In this document: positions 28,387 through 38,640 of the stretch, in pieces
Position numbering within the stretch: position 1 is the first letter of the stretch
How the letters are laid out: every line of letters begins with the position of its first letter
Origin: an uncultured virus (IMG/VR IMGVR_UViG_3300017613_001373)
Taxonomy: Duplodnaviria > Heunggongvirae > Uroviricota > Caudoviricetes
DNA length: 54,273 bases
Virus record (IMG/VR): IMGVR_UViG_3300017613_001373
Strand: one strand, 5' to 3'
Notes under the pieces: model-generated
What the model was told of the DNA's origin: nothing
Database searches by the model: none
What the model saw: the letters and a program-made list of their open reading frames with translations, nothing else
Made by a program: the position numbers and the translations under genes

Positions 28387-28731
28387 ATGGAGGATTTGAT
28401 GACACATTTAAATTCTATTGAAACAACAAGATCGTGGTTGCTCAAAAAGGGTGTGCCGACAAACGAGATTGATATTATTGTAACAGAGCAAGAAAAACGT
28501 ATCGGTTTCACTTCTGGTATTCCAACAACAATATATCGGCGTTATCACAACAAATATACAGAACCAGAAGAATTTGAGGAAATGTATCGTGATGGCTGGG
28601 TTGTTGATATTGTAGATGGTCAAGTAGTTTATGGGACAATTGATGTGAAAGATATTCCCAAAATTATAGAAAGTTACAAAAAGATTCAACAGTATTGTCT
28701 TGAATATGGAAAGACATATAATAGTGTTTAA
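28387..28731 (+). CDS. Hypothetical protein
   Basis: Class A promoter; GGAGG RBS suggests start at 28399. Confidence 0.65.
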   Translation: MEDLMTHLNSIETTRSWLLKKGVPTNEIDIIVTEQEKRIGFTSGIPTTIYRRYHNKYTEPEEFEEMYRDGWVVDIVDGQVVYGTIDVKDIPKIIESYKKIQQYCLEYGKTYNSV

Positions 28732-28764
28732 TCGGATAACCAATTGGTTACGAGGATATTAATT

Positions 28765-28977
28765 ATGGAATTTGTATTATTTTATTATGATGATATGGGA
28801 TTGAATTTTTGGATGGGTGATGGGATTTTTAGCGGAAGGTTGGATAAGGCTAAGAAATATTCTACATGGCAGACTGCTCAAAACTGGTCGGAAAGAATGC
28901 CAAAACGCAATCTTCGTTATGCAACAGTTGATGAAGTTAAGCATTTTTGGAAAACGGGTCATTGGGAGGCTGTATGA
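28765..28977 (+). CDS. Hypothetical protein
   Basis: GAGGA RBS before ATG 28765. Confidence 0.65.
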   Translation: MEFVLFYYDDMGLNFWMGDGIFSGRLDKAKKYSTWQTAQNWSERMPKRNLRYATVDEVKHFWKTGHWEAV

Positions 28978-29081
28978 AACATAGTTATTTGACAACTTAC
29001 GTGTAGTACCAATTTCCCATTGTATTTAACCTAGAGATTGTTATAATGGTATCAACTTAAACATTAAACACGGAGAAAATA

Positions 29082-29375
29082 ATGTATTTCAACACACAAA
29101 AAACTTTTTCACGCGATTTGGAACTGTTCGAGGAATTAGGATTCACACCTTTTGAAATTGATACCCATAAAGATCATTATGTTGGTACGTTTAATTACAA
29201 AGACGGTTCATATATTAAACTGCATGTACATTGTATGCCAGCAATGTTCTGGACTGTTGAGATTTATTGTGATGGCAGTGAAGAAGTACACAATTTAGAA
29301 ACAGGTTCAGGTGCATTGTCTGACTTCTGGGACACCTTTGAATTATTTGCAACGGGAATGATTGGAGCGATTTAG
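29082..29375 (+). CDS. Hypothetical acidic protein
   Basis: CGGAG RBS; class A promoter. Confidence 0.7.
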   Translation: MYFNTQKTFSRDLELFEELGFTPFEIDTHKDHYVGTFNYKDGSYIKLHVHCMPAMFWTVEIYCDGSEEVHNLETGSGALSDFWDTFELFATGMIGAI

Positions 29376-29387
29376 AGGGTATTGATT

Positions 29388-29660
29388 ATGATAACTAAAG
29401 ATATGGTGGACAGTGCTGAAATAATTTTTAGTGGTGAGGTATACGCAGGTAGATTAACAACAGATTGGCCTGATGCTGAAAATTATAATTATTTTTTAGC
29501 AAATGACATATTATATGAATTTGTTGGTGGGGTCATGAATGATTCGGAATATGTCGAAGTTATTCAATCTGATGCTGAAAATATTGTTTTTGACAATGGT
29601 CATATTGGCACGGTGTATTTGTATCGCTTGACGAATGGTAAGATATGGTGGGAATATTAG
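29388..29660 (+). CDS. Hypothetical acidic protein
   Basis: GAGGG upstream; stop lies in the next operator. Confidence 0.65.
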   Translation: MITKDMVDSAEIIFSGEVYAGRLTTDWPDAENYNYFLANDILYEFVGGVMNDSEYVEVIQSDAENIVFDNGHIGTVYLYRLTNGKIWWEY

Positions 29661-29741
29661 TACCATTATCCTATAGACGATTGTAAAAAATTACAATACA
29701 ATTCTTTCATAAGTCAATTAACAAAACGAGGAAACAAAAAC

Positions 29742-30002
29742 ATGAAAAAAGTGCAATTAAATTTAGTGGGAGTGTTTCGCCAACAAGCTAAACGTGAAGA
29801 CTGGGCAAATAAGGAAATTGAAGATGTTTTGAACGAAGCTATGAGTGGTGATTATCAACACCTGTTAAGAACGATCCTAAAACATTGTGAAGAATCTAAT
29901 CATGGTGATGATGTTTGTAGTGGTTGTGAGGGTGATGGTGAAGTATATGATAGTCACGATCAATGTTGGTATAATTGTTGGCAATGTGACGGGTTGGGAT
30001 AA
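29742..30002 (+). CDS. Phage hypothetical protein with C-terminal DnaJ-type zinc finger
   Basis: EAMSGDYQHLL motif; CSGCEGDG...CWQCDGLG. Confidence 0.7.
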   Translation: MKKVQLNLVGVFRQQAKREDWANKEIEDVLNEAMSGDYQHLLRTILKHCEESNHGDDVCSGCEGDGEVYDSHDQCWYNCWQCDGLG

Positions 30003-30099
30003 AAAAGTTGGGATAAAAAAGCGGTACGATAGTACTATTTACAGACATATAAACCGTTGATATACTATTCTTATCTTATTTGATAACACGGAGAACAAA

Positions 30100-30540
30100 A
30101 TGTTTGGATCAGACCAATTTTTTCCAGTAAAAAGCTACAAAGGATATACATATCGACAATATCGATCTTCTTTTGAAGGTGGTGGTGTGAGTAATGGTTA
30201 TAAGGCTGAAATACGTCAACCTGTTGATTATCATAGTAGAGGTTTGTTCATCTGTTTTACTACACAAACAAATCGGACACTACGCGGTGCAGAACTGGAT
30301 GCAAAATGTATTATTGACACTTTGATACAAACCTCAGATATGCCCATAAAAGTTTCAATCATGTTAAGTAAAGCGGTAGATTTTGGTATTTTGAACGTTG
30401 ATGAAATAGCAGGGTTGGAGGATGATTATGGTGAAATGACTTGGTTCATTCAAGACCGTCTTAATTCAAAAATGAGTGGTCGTATATCAGACAGTGTACA
30501 ACCCGCAATCAATACAGCGTTATATGATATGACTAAATAA
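30100..30540 (+). CDS. Hypothetical protein
   Basis: CGGAG RBS; class A promoter. Confidence 0.7.
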   Translation: MFGSDQFFPVKSYKGYTYRQYRSSFEGGGVSNGYKAEIRQPVDYHSRGLFICFTTQTNRTLRGAELDAKCIIDTLIQTSDMPIKVSIMLSKAVDFGILNVDEIAGLEDDYGEMTWFIQDRLNSKMSGRISDSVQPAINTALYDMTK

Positions 30541-30626
30541 ATCAGTACAATGGTACTATGGGCAAAGATTAAAACCTGTAGTATCATTTTTGTAGTTAGA
30601 GAGAATCATAGTTACAGGAGATAATA

Positions 30627-31118
30627 ATGGAACTGCAAAACATCTTAGATAATCATTTGGTAAAACGGACTTTAGAAATTGCTTTAATTGGGGATCATTC
30701 AATTTGTTTAGATTTTTCCAAAGGTGATTATGATACCGCTTTACGATTTCAACAATGGGGAATTGAACAAGGTTTAAATATCATTACCAGTCATGAATTC
30801 TTACCAGATTATGACATTTGTTTGACGGTACACAAACCCCGTGAGGGTGAGTTTGTGTCACGAGATAGAGATAGTGATAAGGCACTTTTTCAACGGGTAT
30901 CGAACGCACAAAATTATGAATTGGTTGTTAACTATGATGATGTGACAAAACGATTATTAAATTCGGCTGTAAAAACATTAAATTTGTCTCAAACGCAATT
31001 TGAACAAATTGTAGATGTTGCTGAATCAATCGCTTGTTTGTCGGGTGGGGAATTTGAAGTTGTTCATGTTTGTGAAGCAATTCAATATTCTTATCCAAAT
31101 GTGACAAAAGTACTATAG
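30627..31118 (+). CDS. Truncated ComM/YifB (Mg-chelatase ChlI-like) protein lacking the ATPase core
   Basis: VKRTLEIALIGDHS N-segment and RV..A...LL..AV..L.LS......I..VA.SIA.L.G.....HV.EAIQY C-domain; no Walker A/B. Confidence 0.7.
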   Translation: MELQNILDNHLVKRTLEIALIGDHSICLDFSKGDYDTALRFQQWGIEQGLNIITSHEFLPDYDICLTVHKPREGEFVSRDRDSDKALFQRVSNAQNYELVVNYDDVTKRLLNSAVKTLNLSQTQFEQIVDVAESIACLSGGEFEVVHVCEAIQYSYPNVTKVL

Positions 31119-31173
31119 ACAAATTTTTAAAGTTTGGTATCATTCTTGTATTGAACATGACACGGAGAGTAAC

Positions 31174-31692
31174 ATGGAAAACACATATTGGAATCACAAT
31201 GGACGGTACGAAAACATCGCTGAACAATTGATGGAAAAAGTACCAAATAAAGGACGTTCGGATAATACGAATATTGAGGCGTGGAGGGTAGCTGTAAACA
31301 CATATTATGATTTGTATAATAACGGTATGTGTAATTGGGAACAGAAGAAAGACGATTTTGAAACCCTGTTGACAGTGAAATTATCGAAAAAAGGTCAAAC
31401 ATCATTACGACAAATTTTACAAATTCTTCCCGCAACAGGTGATACAGACGATTGCCCTAACTGTGATGGTCAGGGTGAAGCATGGTATGAAGAAGAGAAT
31501 GACTATATTGTAGATGGTGAGCTACAGTATGAAATTGAGGAATATTCTGAGCATTGTTGGACGTGTAATGGGAGCGGTAAAGCTGATTGGACAGAAACAT
31601 GGGGATATGTCTCTGATTATGAGCATGATAAATTAGCTCCATTATTTGAAGTGTTGATGGACAGCATTATTGAATTTATTGTATTAAAATAG
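31174..31692 (+). CDS. Phage hypothetical protein with an inserted DnaJ-type zinc finger
   Basis: TYWN..G...VP..G...YYDLYNNG.CN; CPNCDGQG...CWTCNGSG. Confidence 0.75.
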   Translation: MENTYWNHNGRYENIAEQLMEKVPNKGRSDNTNIEAWRVAVNTYYDLYNNGMCNWEQKKDDFETLLTVKLSKKGQTSLRQILQILPATGDTDDCPNCDGQGEAWYEEENDYIVDGELQYEIEEYSEHCWTCNGSGKADWTETWGYVSDYEHDKLAPLFEVLMDSIIEFIVLK

Positions 31693-31766
31693 TACTAATA
31701 TCCCATTGTCGAGATTGTAAAATTCTGCAATAATATATTTATCTTATTCACGAACACGGAGAAATC

Positions 31767-32138
31767 ATGATTGACTTGATTGTTTTAGAAAACAGAAAAC
31801 TACGATTGAAATGGGATGGCGATGAGGATGATCGTCACGAGATTTTGGACTATGAGGATGCTAATGGTAGTCAGTCGGCATTGTGTGAAATTCTTGAGGA
31901 CTACTTATGTAACGGTTGGTCATTATTTGATGCAGATCAACTTTTACAACTGTCCTCCGCGCCTGTACTTTGTAACGATGCAAGTTTGGAAGATAATGGC
32001 GATATTACATTATATGGTCAAGGCTGGTATCTCGGTTCATATATGGTTATTAATCCGATTGATGAAATCTTAGATGAAGGATTTATTGATTTTGATTTTT
32101 GGCAGGATTTTGACAATATTGTGATCCCATCTGAATAG
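31767..32138 (+). CDS. Highly acidic hypothetical protein
   Basis: CGGAG RBS; D/E-rich. Confidence 0.75.
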   Translation: MIDLIVLENRKLRLKWDGDEDDRHEILDYEDANGSQSALCEILEDYLCNGWSLFDADQLLQLSSAPVLCNDASLEDNGDITLYGQGWYLGSYMVINPIDEILDEGFIDFDFWQDFDNIVIPSE

Positions 32139-32341
32139 TACAAAAGACCTATTGACTAAATTGTAATTTTTTACAATAATATATCTAACTTAATTGAAAC
32201 ACTTAAATGGAGAATTTTTATGACTAAAGGGAATGGTGAGGCAATTTTATTATTATTCGTATGTATCGCGTCGGGTGGTACAGTAATTCCACTAATTCTA
32301 CTTCTAGCCCTTGTTGCGGAAATGGGAGGGCCAAATAAGAA

Positions 32342-32611
32342 ATGATTCTTGAAAAATTCAAAGACCTTATTGTAGAAGATGATGGCACAGAATTTCAAAT
32401 GTATTTTTTAAGGGAAGGGGAAGATCGACTACGTTTGGGTGATGTCTTCATTCAAAAAAATGAAAAATCTACTTTGGAATATGACATTTCTATTTTTCCT
32501 AGAAATCTGGTTTTGAAACTGGATGGGGAAAGTTGGGAAGATTTAGAGAAAGACGCTTTAAATAAATTGATTGAAATTGATCAAAAAATGAAGTTTGTAT
32601 GGTTGAGGTAA
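32342..32611 (+). CDS. Hypothetical protein
   Basis: ORF in gene run. Confidence 0.65.
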   Translation: MILEKFKDLIVEDDGTEFQMYFLREGEDRLRLGDVFIQKNEKSTLEYDISIFPRNLVLKLDGESWEDLEKDALNKLIEIDQKMKFVWLR

Positions 32612-32615
32612 TATT

Positions 32616-32873
32616 ATGGTAGATTTTATAAAACAATACACGATTGGTACTACAGGGACGTATCATATTTGCATTTGGTCATGGTCATATGCTGATTCAT
32701 ACGGATACCTTGAAATGTTGGTGAATCGTGCAATGACTGATTATCCGACACTGAACAAAGATGATATAGCTGTCAGATTATTGAAGACGGGTGTTTTTGC
32801 AATCGAATTCAACAGTGATAACCTTCCAAATGATGATTACAATCAAATCCCAGAACCACATCTGACTCGATAG
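32616..32873 (+). CDS. Hypothetical protein
   Basis: GAGGT RBS. Confidence 0.65.
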   Translation: MVDFIKQYTIGTTGTYHICIWSWSYADSYGYLEMLVNRAMTDYPTLNKDDIAVRLLKTGVFAIEFNSDNLPNDDYNQIPEPHLTR

Positions 32874-32975
32874 TACAAAAGTCCTATGAAATTGGGCTTG
32901 ACAACTGAAAAAAATTGAGATAAACTTCTTTCAAGTCACACAGAAAGAAGTTTTTTTATTATTTAGGAGAATATC

Positions 32976-33677
32976 ATGAATTTTGTAAAAGAGAATCCAT
33001 TTTTTGTCGTCGTCACCGCAATGGTGGCAATGATTGTGAGTTTTGCATTTGCAATCAGTTTTAAGAGTATGGTGGAAGTTGCGGAGACATTACACGTTTC
33101 TCTACCGTATATTTATCCGTTATTGTTTGAAGTTACGTCAATCGTCGGTGGATCGATCAAAGCATATCTTGAAGTGAAGGGAATTGAAGACCGTTTCACA
33201 CAAGCTCTAGCAAACATCATGTTATATACAGGTGTTTTACTATCTGTAGCATTAAATGTTTATCATGTGGTTGGTTATATGAGTGTCGATACTGTTTTAG
33301 AATCAGTGTTTTTAGTAATTGCCCATAGTGTACCATCGTTGTTGGTTGTGGGTGGCGCAGAAGTGATTATCGCGCTGGGACGACATACGTTTGCTAATAA
33401 TGAAACAACAGAAGCTACATTACAACGTATTCAGGAATTGATTGATGAATTATCAACAACAAATGAAAACCTAGCGACTGTGACAGGGCAGAATACAACC
33501 CTGATTGAACAAAATGAACACAACTCGCAACAACTCCAGCGTTTTGATAAAATGCCTAAACTGCTTAAAGCATTCTTAGCTGTCCATAACGAGGAAATGG
33601 AAGTTGCTGAATTAAATCAGTTATTCGGATTTACACAAGCTCGATACACACGGTTAGCAAAACAGTTTGAAGAATAA
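32976..33677 (+). CDS. DUF2637/SpdB-like four-TM protein with coiled coil and C-terminal HTH-like end
   Basis: ISF...VA......IYPLLFE, SVALNVYH, HSVP.L; coiled coil after the TM helices. Confidence 0.6.
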   Translation: MNFVKENPFFVVVTAMVAMIVSFAFAISFKSMVEVAETLHVSLPYIYPLLFEVTSIVGGSIKAYLEVKGIEDRFTQALANIMLYTGVLLSVALNVYHVVGYMSVDTVLESVFLVIAHSVPSLLVVGGAEVIIALGRHTFANNETTEATLQRIQELIDELSTTNENLATVTGQNTTLIEQNEHNSQQLQRFDKMPKLLKAFLAVHNEEMEVAELNQLFGFTQARYTRLAKQFEE

Positions 33678-33763
33678 GAATCAGTACAATGGTACTATAG
33701 CTTTTGAAACAAGGCTATAGTACCATTATATTTATTGAACAACGAAGTGACAAGGAGAGTACA

Positions 33764-34027
33764 ATGTTTAAAGATGACATCACTGGTAAAGACGTGTGGA
33801 CAATGGACGAGTTTGAACAGGAGGCAATTAAAATGCTTCCTGAGTATATTTCATCTGATGGTTTTTGGGACAAAGTGGGGAAAGAGTGGCATGATGCTGT
33901 TTTTAGTAAGTTTCAAGCAGAGGGTGACACTCATTATCAAGGGCGATTGTTTACAAATGATTTGGTTCATAAACTCCGTAAGGTTTGGGAGAATCGTGAC
34001 GAACATCTAATCAACGAAACGGATTAG
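33764..34027 (+). CDS. Hypothetical protein
   Basis: AAGGAG RBS before ATG 33764. Confidence 0.7.
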   Translation: MFKDDITGKDVWTMDEFEQEAIKMLPEYISSDGFWDKVGKEWHDAVFSKFQAEGDTHYQGRLFTNDLVHKLRKVWENRDEHLINETD

Positions 34028-34036
34028 GAGAATAAA

Positions 34037-34396
34037 ATGCAAACTGAAAAATTAGACCGCCGTAAGAATTCATTATTTGTATATGGTGTTGGTCGGGTAG
34101 ACTGGAATAGTACATATCAAGTTTTTAATAAAAGTGTGAACTACGATCAAATCAGTGTTGAAGAAATTGAAAAACATGGTTTCACATATCACGCAACAGA
34201 ACAAGACTGGTTTAATCTACTGATTGGTAAAGAAGTCATGGTACGAAGTTGGCAAAACACACATCGCGGGATTTTACAAAGTGATCGTGATGGTGTGTAT
34301 TATATCAACAATGCAGATGGGTTTATTGAATTTTCATTTAGTGATGTGACAGAATCAGAGTTTGGACGGATGACGCATATTATTAATTTAATTTAA
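34037..34396 (+). CDS. Hypothetical protein
   Basis: AGGAG RBS. Confidence 0.7.
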   Translation: MQTEKLDRRKNSLFVYGVGRVDWNSTYQVFNKSVNYDQISVEEIEKHGFTYHATEQDWFNLLIGKEVMVRSWQNTHRGILQSDRDGVYYINNADGFIEFSFSDVTESEFGRMTHIINLI

Positions 34397-34406
34397 AAGG
34401 GGTAAA

Positions 34407-34697
34407 ATGAAATCAGAACGGTACTATATTGAAACGGTAATGGATATTATTGACCAATTATCAGCAAGCGATTTACATGATAAAATTCAAGAAAACCCTC
34501 TTGATAATTCGTTATTTAACACAATTTTCTTTTATCCAATGTCGGTAGCAAATGCAATATTGATTTTAGCAGAGTTGGGAATCAATGAACACACACCAAA
34601 GAATTATAAAACAGTGAACGGCGACTATTTTTCAGGTATTATTTCCCGTAATCTGTATATGGAACAGTCTTACGAATTCCCATTGAGTGAGGTATAA
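34407..34697 (+). CDS. Hypothetical protein
   Basis: AGGGG RBS. Confidence 0.65.
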   Translation: MKSERYYIETVMDIIDQLSASDLHDKIQENPLDNSLFNTIFFYPMSVANAILILAELGINEHTPKNYKTVNGDYFSGIISRNLYMEQSYEFPLSEV

Positions 34698-34699
34698 AT

Positions 34700-35017
34700 A
34701 TGAGTATTAAAAAACTGATTATTGAGACATACGAACAAAATCATAATGATGTGGATGTTGTTCTGATTATAATGGAAAAATTGAATGATCAATGGGAACG
34801 GAAAGGGAGTTCTTCACGGGTAATTTGTTTTCGTGGTATGTATGATGTTGTTTTTGGACAGATGACAGAATATCAAACAAGAGAAGCATTTAGAAACCTT
34901 TTTCAACATGATAATGAGACAACAATCGAACATGTCATTGAACGGATGATTATCGCAATGATCCAGCATCCAGAAGAACGCAATAAATCAACTGTGAGTA
35001 CGTTTTTAGGCTCATAG
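34700..35017 (+). CDS. Hypothetical protein
   Basis: GAGGT RBS. Confidence 0.65.
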   Translation: MSIKKLIIETYEQNHNDVDVVLIIMEKLNDQWERKGSSSRVICFRGMYDVVFGQMTEYQTREAFRNLFQHDNETTIEHVIERMIIAMIQHPEERNKSTVSTFLGS

Positions 35018-35188
35018 AAGCGTTTTAAGGCAATATAGGCACAATCTATCACAATGACTTTTTAAGTGGCTTACAGAGCGATTTAAGAAGTCATTGTTGT
35101 TTTAGGACTATTGTACTATTGTAAAGTTGTGAAAAATTGTTATAGTTATATTTATTGAGCGAGATAACTATGACAATGAGGGAATAAA

Positions 35189-35392
35189 ATGACACAAGAA
35201 CAAGTAAATGCAGTACAATCCATGATTTATGCAATTGATGGTACATTACAGGGCGTGAACATGTCCGACGTGCAGTATGACAAAGATGGTACGCCAGTAG
35301 GAGCGATTGACAATCTGTACGCCTTTGATGCTGTGGAGTTAATGGATGCACTTATTGAAGCGAAATTTGTTTTTGGGAATAGTGTTAAATGA
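35189..35392 (+). CDS. Hypothetical protein
   Basis: GAGGG RBS; class A promoter. Confidence 0.65.
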   Translation: MTQEQVNAVQSMIYAIDGTLQGVNMSDVQYDKDGTPVGAIDNLYAFDAVELMDALIEAKFVFGNSVK

Positions 35393-35615
35393 TGAGTGGC
35401 ATCATTTTCAGGGTGTGAACGAGGGTGATTGTCGTGTTGTTTTTGGTGAGTTGAATGGTGATTCATTTGAAACCGCATTATGTTCAGATTGTTTGGGCAA
35501 AGTCGAATCATTGTTGTTCTAAACAGTACAAAAGTACCATCCAAACATCCTTGACAACTAAAAAATATCAGTTATTATTGTAATTATTGAAACGAAACGA
35601 ACAACAGAGGAAACA

Positions 35616-35999
35616 ATGTCAAGAATCAAAGTAAAACATGTGGTCTTATATCAATCAGAAGCATTTAATGGCGAGGTAGTGAAGAAAACTATTTCAGACG
35701 GTGATCGTGTAGTAAAAAGCCGTGTTTTTGCTAGAGATATGGGATTTGCTAAAACAAAAATGCGAATTGTGTTTGACGATGGTGAAGTGGTTGAGACATC
35801 AAGCAACTATAACGAATCGGTGGGCGAGTTTGGCGAATCTGTAAGCAATACTATCAGTATGTATCATAGATTAGTGAAAACTAACAAAATGCCGAAATGG
35901 TATGCTATTTATGGTGAAAATGCCGCTGAAAAATGGTCAGATTTTCGTAATGAATATTTGGATTTTATTGAAAAATATGATTATGGTTTGGGTTTTTAG
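35616..35999 (+). CDS. Hypothetical protein
   Basis: GAGGA RBS; class A promoter. Confidence 0.7.
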   Translation: MSRIKVKHVVLYQSEAFNGEVVKKTISDGDRVVKSRVFARDMGFAKTKMRIVFDDGEVVETSSNYNESVGEFGESVSNTISMYHRLVKTNKMPKWYAIYGENAAEKWSDFRNEYLDFIEKYDYGLGF

Positions 36000-36087
36000 G
36001 ACTATTGTACCATTGCAGGATTACAAAGTTTTGATAAGATTATGATTATTGAAACAGGGCAGATAATTAAGAGAGAGGAGAAATACT

Positions 36088-36402
36088 ATGTCAAATCAAC
36101 CCAAAACAGTATATGTTGTTCGTAGAACTAGTAAAACACTGGCGGTATCCATTGATGAAGCTACGATCACCCGAACCACACCCAAGCGTATTTATTTTGA
36201 AGATGTGATCACTTTATATGGTCGCCGTGATCTATATGCTGATTATGTGAGTAAGGATGAAAAAGGTGTATTTACAGATCGTAAGAAAGCATTAGAGTGG
36301 GGACAGGAACTCGCCCAAAAAAGTTACGATTATTTCAAATACATGGCTGAACAGCGTGGTAATGAAGAATTAGCGATGAAAATGTTAGGGATGTCAAGCT
36401 AG
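36088..36402 (+). CDS. Hypothetical protein
   Basis: AGGAG RBS; class A promoter. Confidence 0.7.
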   Translation: MSNQPKTVYVVRRTSKTLAVSIDEATITRTTPKRIYFEDVITLYGRRDLYADYVSKDEKGVFTDRKKALEWGQELAQKSYDYFKYMAEQRGNEELAMKMLGMSS

Positions 36403-36486
36403 TACTATTATCCTATTTACAAGAAGTGAGATATATGACATAATTCTTTCATCAAACGAAACGAATTAACGAAACGGGGCAATAAA

Positions 36487-36687
36487 ATGAAATTCAAAAC
36501 CATGGAACAACTTTCAAATCTGTCATACGTTCAATTATGGAATCGTCAAACTAAGTTATCAGAATGGGTAACAAAAGCGGGTGGGGGAAAATATCGTGGT
36601 AAAACCGCTGAGGATTTTATGAAACAGCATGATGTAATCACCCAAGTCATTAACGAAAAGACCGCTAGTATTTTCAATCGTTATTAA
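36487..36687 (+). CDS. Hypothetical basic protein
   Basis: GGGG RBS; class A promoter. Confidence 0.65.
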   Translation: MKFKTMEQLSNLSYVQLWNRQTKLSEWVTKAGGGKYRGKTAEDFMKQHDVITQVINEKTASIFNRY

Positions 36688-36860
36688 ATCAGCTAAAGTA
36701 GGGAAGAATTATAACAGAAGAGGTGAGGAGAAAACCCAAATGTATACCGTAACGAATTTGAATATTTTGGATATTAAACGTCAATATGCGAATTGGTTAT
36801 TTGAGACGGAAGGTATTGTTATTGGTATACCTGCATAGTTGACAGGAGATAAAAAAAAAA

Positions 36861-37130
36861 ATGAGAAATGACCGTGATAACGTACAAATTTTAGTGAAAT
36901 GTGGATTGGAAAAATTGAAAAGTATTAAATCCGATTTTCCACAAATGTATGAATGGTTAGCAGAGGAAGAATATTTTCCTCATACATTGGTTGAACTGAA
37001 CATTATGGAAATCGAAGTAAATGAGGCTATTGACCGCATTAACTTTGCAGACCAATATTTAGATGATCCGTTGGACATTGATGAACCAGTACTATCGTAC
37101 TATTGGCTAGTCTCTGATTATATGCAATAA
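36861..37130 (+). CDS. Hypothetical protein
   Basis: AGGAG upstream. Confidence 0.6.
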   Translation: MRNDRDNVQILVKCGLEKLKSIKSDFPQMYEWLAEEEYFPHTLVELNIMEIEVNEAIDRINFADQYLDDPLDIDEPVLSYYWLVSDYMQ

Positions 37131-37172
37131 TTATATTAACTTAAAGCAAACGGATTATTAGAGAGGGTTCAA

Positions 37173-37475
37173 ATGATACAATTAATTTTCGGAAGCGATG
37201 AAGCGAAAGTGCTATTACATCAAGATAGCTTAGAACAGGAAACACGGGAGACAAAAGCGCAGATCGAAGAATTGGAGCATGTTGTTCCTCAATCATTCGA
37301 TACCGCTGTTGAATTATCAGATTGGTTGTTTGATCATAGTAAGGCAGAACCAGAAGATGTGTTCAAGTTGATCCGACAATTGGCATCAAACTATACAGGT
37401 GAATATTATGGTGATGATGATGAAATCGGTAAAATTGGAAATGCTATTATGGCGGCAACAAAGGGTTATAACTAA
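37173..37475 (+). CDS. Hypothetical acidic protein
   Basis: GAGGG RBS. Confidence 0.7.
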   Translation: MIQLIFGSDEAKVLLHQDSLEQETRETKAQIEELEHVVPQSFDTAVELSDWLFDHSKAEPEDVFKLIRQLASNYTGEYYGDDDEIGKIGNAIMAATKGYN

Positions 37476-37699
37476 TGAGAAAAAAGAAATTATATTCAGT
37501 GGCGTTGGTCGCAGAACTAACCAATGGTCAAACAATTACTAATACAACGGCGGTTTGGGGTTACGAAGACCATGATGCAAGATTAGCGGCATTTCATCAA
37601 TGTCAATTGAAATTTCTGGGAGTTGGTTATAGTAATCATCAAGTCACCTTGACGAAAATTGATTTGACATCACTTAATTTGGATGAATTTGAAACATGA
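37475..37699 (+). CDS. Hypothetical protein
   Basis: TAATG overlap. Confidence 0.65.
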   Translation: MRKKKLYSVALVAELTNGQTITNTTAVWGYEDHDARLAAFHQCQLKFLGVGYSNHQVTLTKIDLTSLNLDEFET

Positions 37700-37845
37700 G
37701 AGGTTATCATTGGACGAACTCGCTTTAATGATTTTAGAATTGTTAGACAGGTAAAAAACAGTACAATGGTACTATGGACAAATAATAAAGTCTATAGTAT
37801 CATTTTTGTATTGAAGTCAAGTAAGTAAATGAGGAGAAAACCCAA

Positions 37846-38127
37846 ATGTATACCGTAACATTGCAAGAAGATGATAGATGGTACAGTGGCGGTCAATATG
37901 ACAATACATCAATTGATACCTATGCTAATCGTGTTTACAATATTGTAATCAACGAGAAACGATACGGACTTATCACAATTGAAAAAAACATCCAATTGAA
38001 AGAATTTTCCATTGTGGTTTTATTCTTACCTATGCACAAAGAATTTCGCATGACAACAACAGGTAGTTGGAAAACTGTAATGGAACAGGTTGTTGATTTT
38101 ACCAAGACATCTTGGGAGCAAGTGTAA
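37846..38127 (+). CDS. Hypothetical protein
   Basis: GAGGAG RBS; class A promoter. Confidence 0.7.
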   Translation: MYTVTLQEDDRWYSGGQYDNTSIDTYANRVYNIVINEKRYGLITIEKNIQLKEFSIVVLFLPMHKEFRMTTTGSWKTVMEQVVDFTKTSWEQV

Positions 38128-38249
38128 ACTAGCTTACACTTTGCCTTGACAAGTGAGAAATACCTGCTAAGATTGATTCTATTGACGAACAACTGAACGG
38201 AGAGAATTATGAACGGTTTTAGATTTAATGTTAATTAAGAGGTAACACT

Positions 38250-38546
38250 ATGAAAACAATTTACTGGAATGATGATATAGGATGTTCAGATAATCAAGCT
38301 GAAATGATTGCAGGGTTATTATTGAACCGTGAAAGTATTACAACTGGTAATTTGTCGGTTGTGGATCACGCTCGATTATTACGAGTTACAAACAAAATTG
38401 ATAGTTTAGTCATTAAATTTAATGGTCAAGATATTCCTGTTAATGAATACGGCGCAATTATGGATTGGCCTAGTGATTTTGCCGTCGATGATACACCTGT
38501 GAATATTTTACGAGCGGCAATGAATAAACGAAAAAGTGTAAAGTAG
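38250..38546 (+). CDS. Hypothetical protein
   Basis: GAGGT RBS; stop lies within a class B operator. Confidence 0.7.
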   Translation: MKTIYWNDDIGCSDNQAEMIAGLLLNRESITTGNLSVVDHARLLRVTNKIDSLVIKFNGQDIPVNEYGAIMDWPSDFAVDDTPVNILRAAMNKRKSVK

Positions 38547-38640
38547 TTTACACTTAGGGTTGACAACCATGAAAGAGTGTTTATAATATATATCAAGTCA
38601 AGACAATAGAGTTTGACAAGAAAAACAGTAGAGGTTGAAA

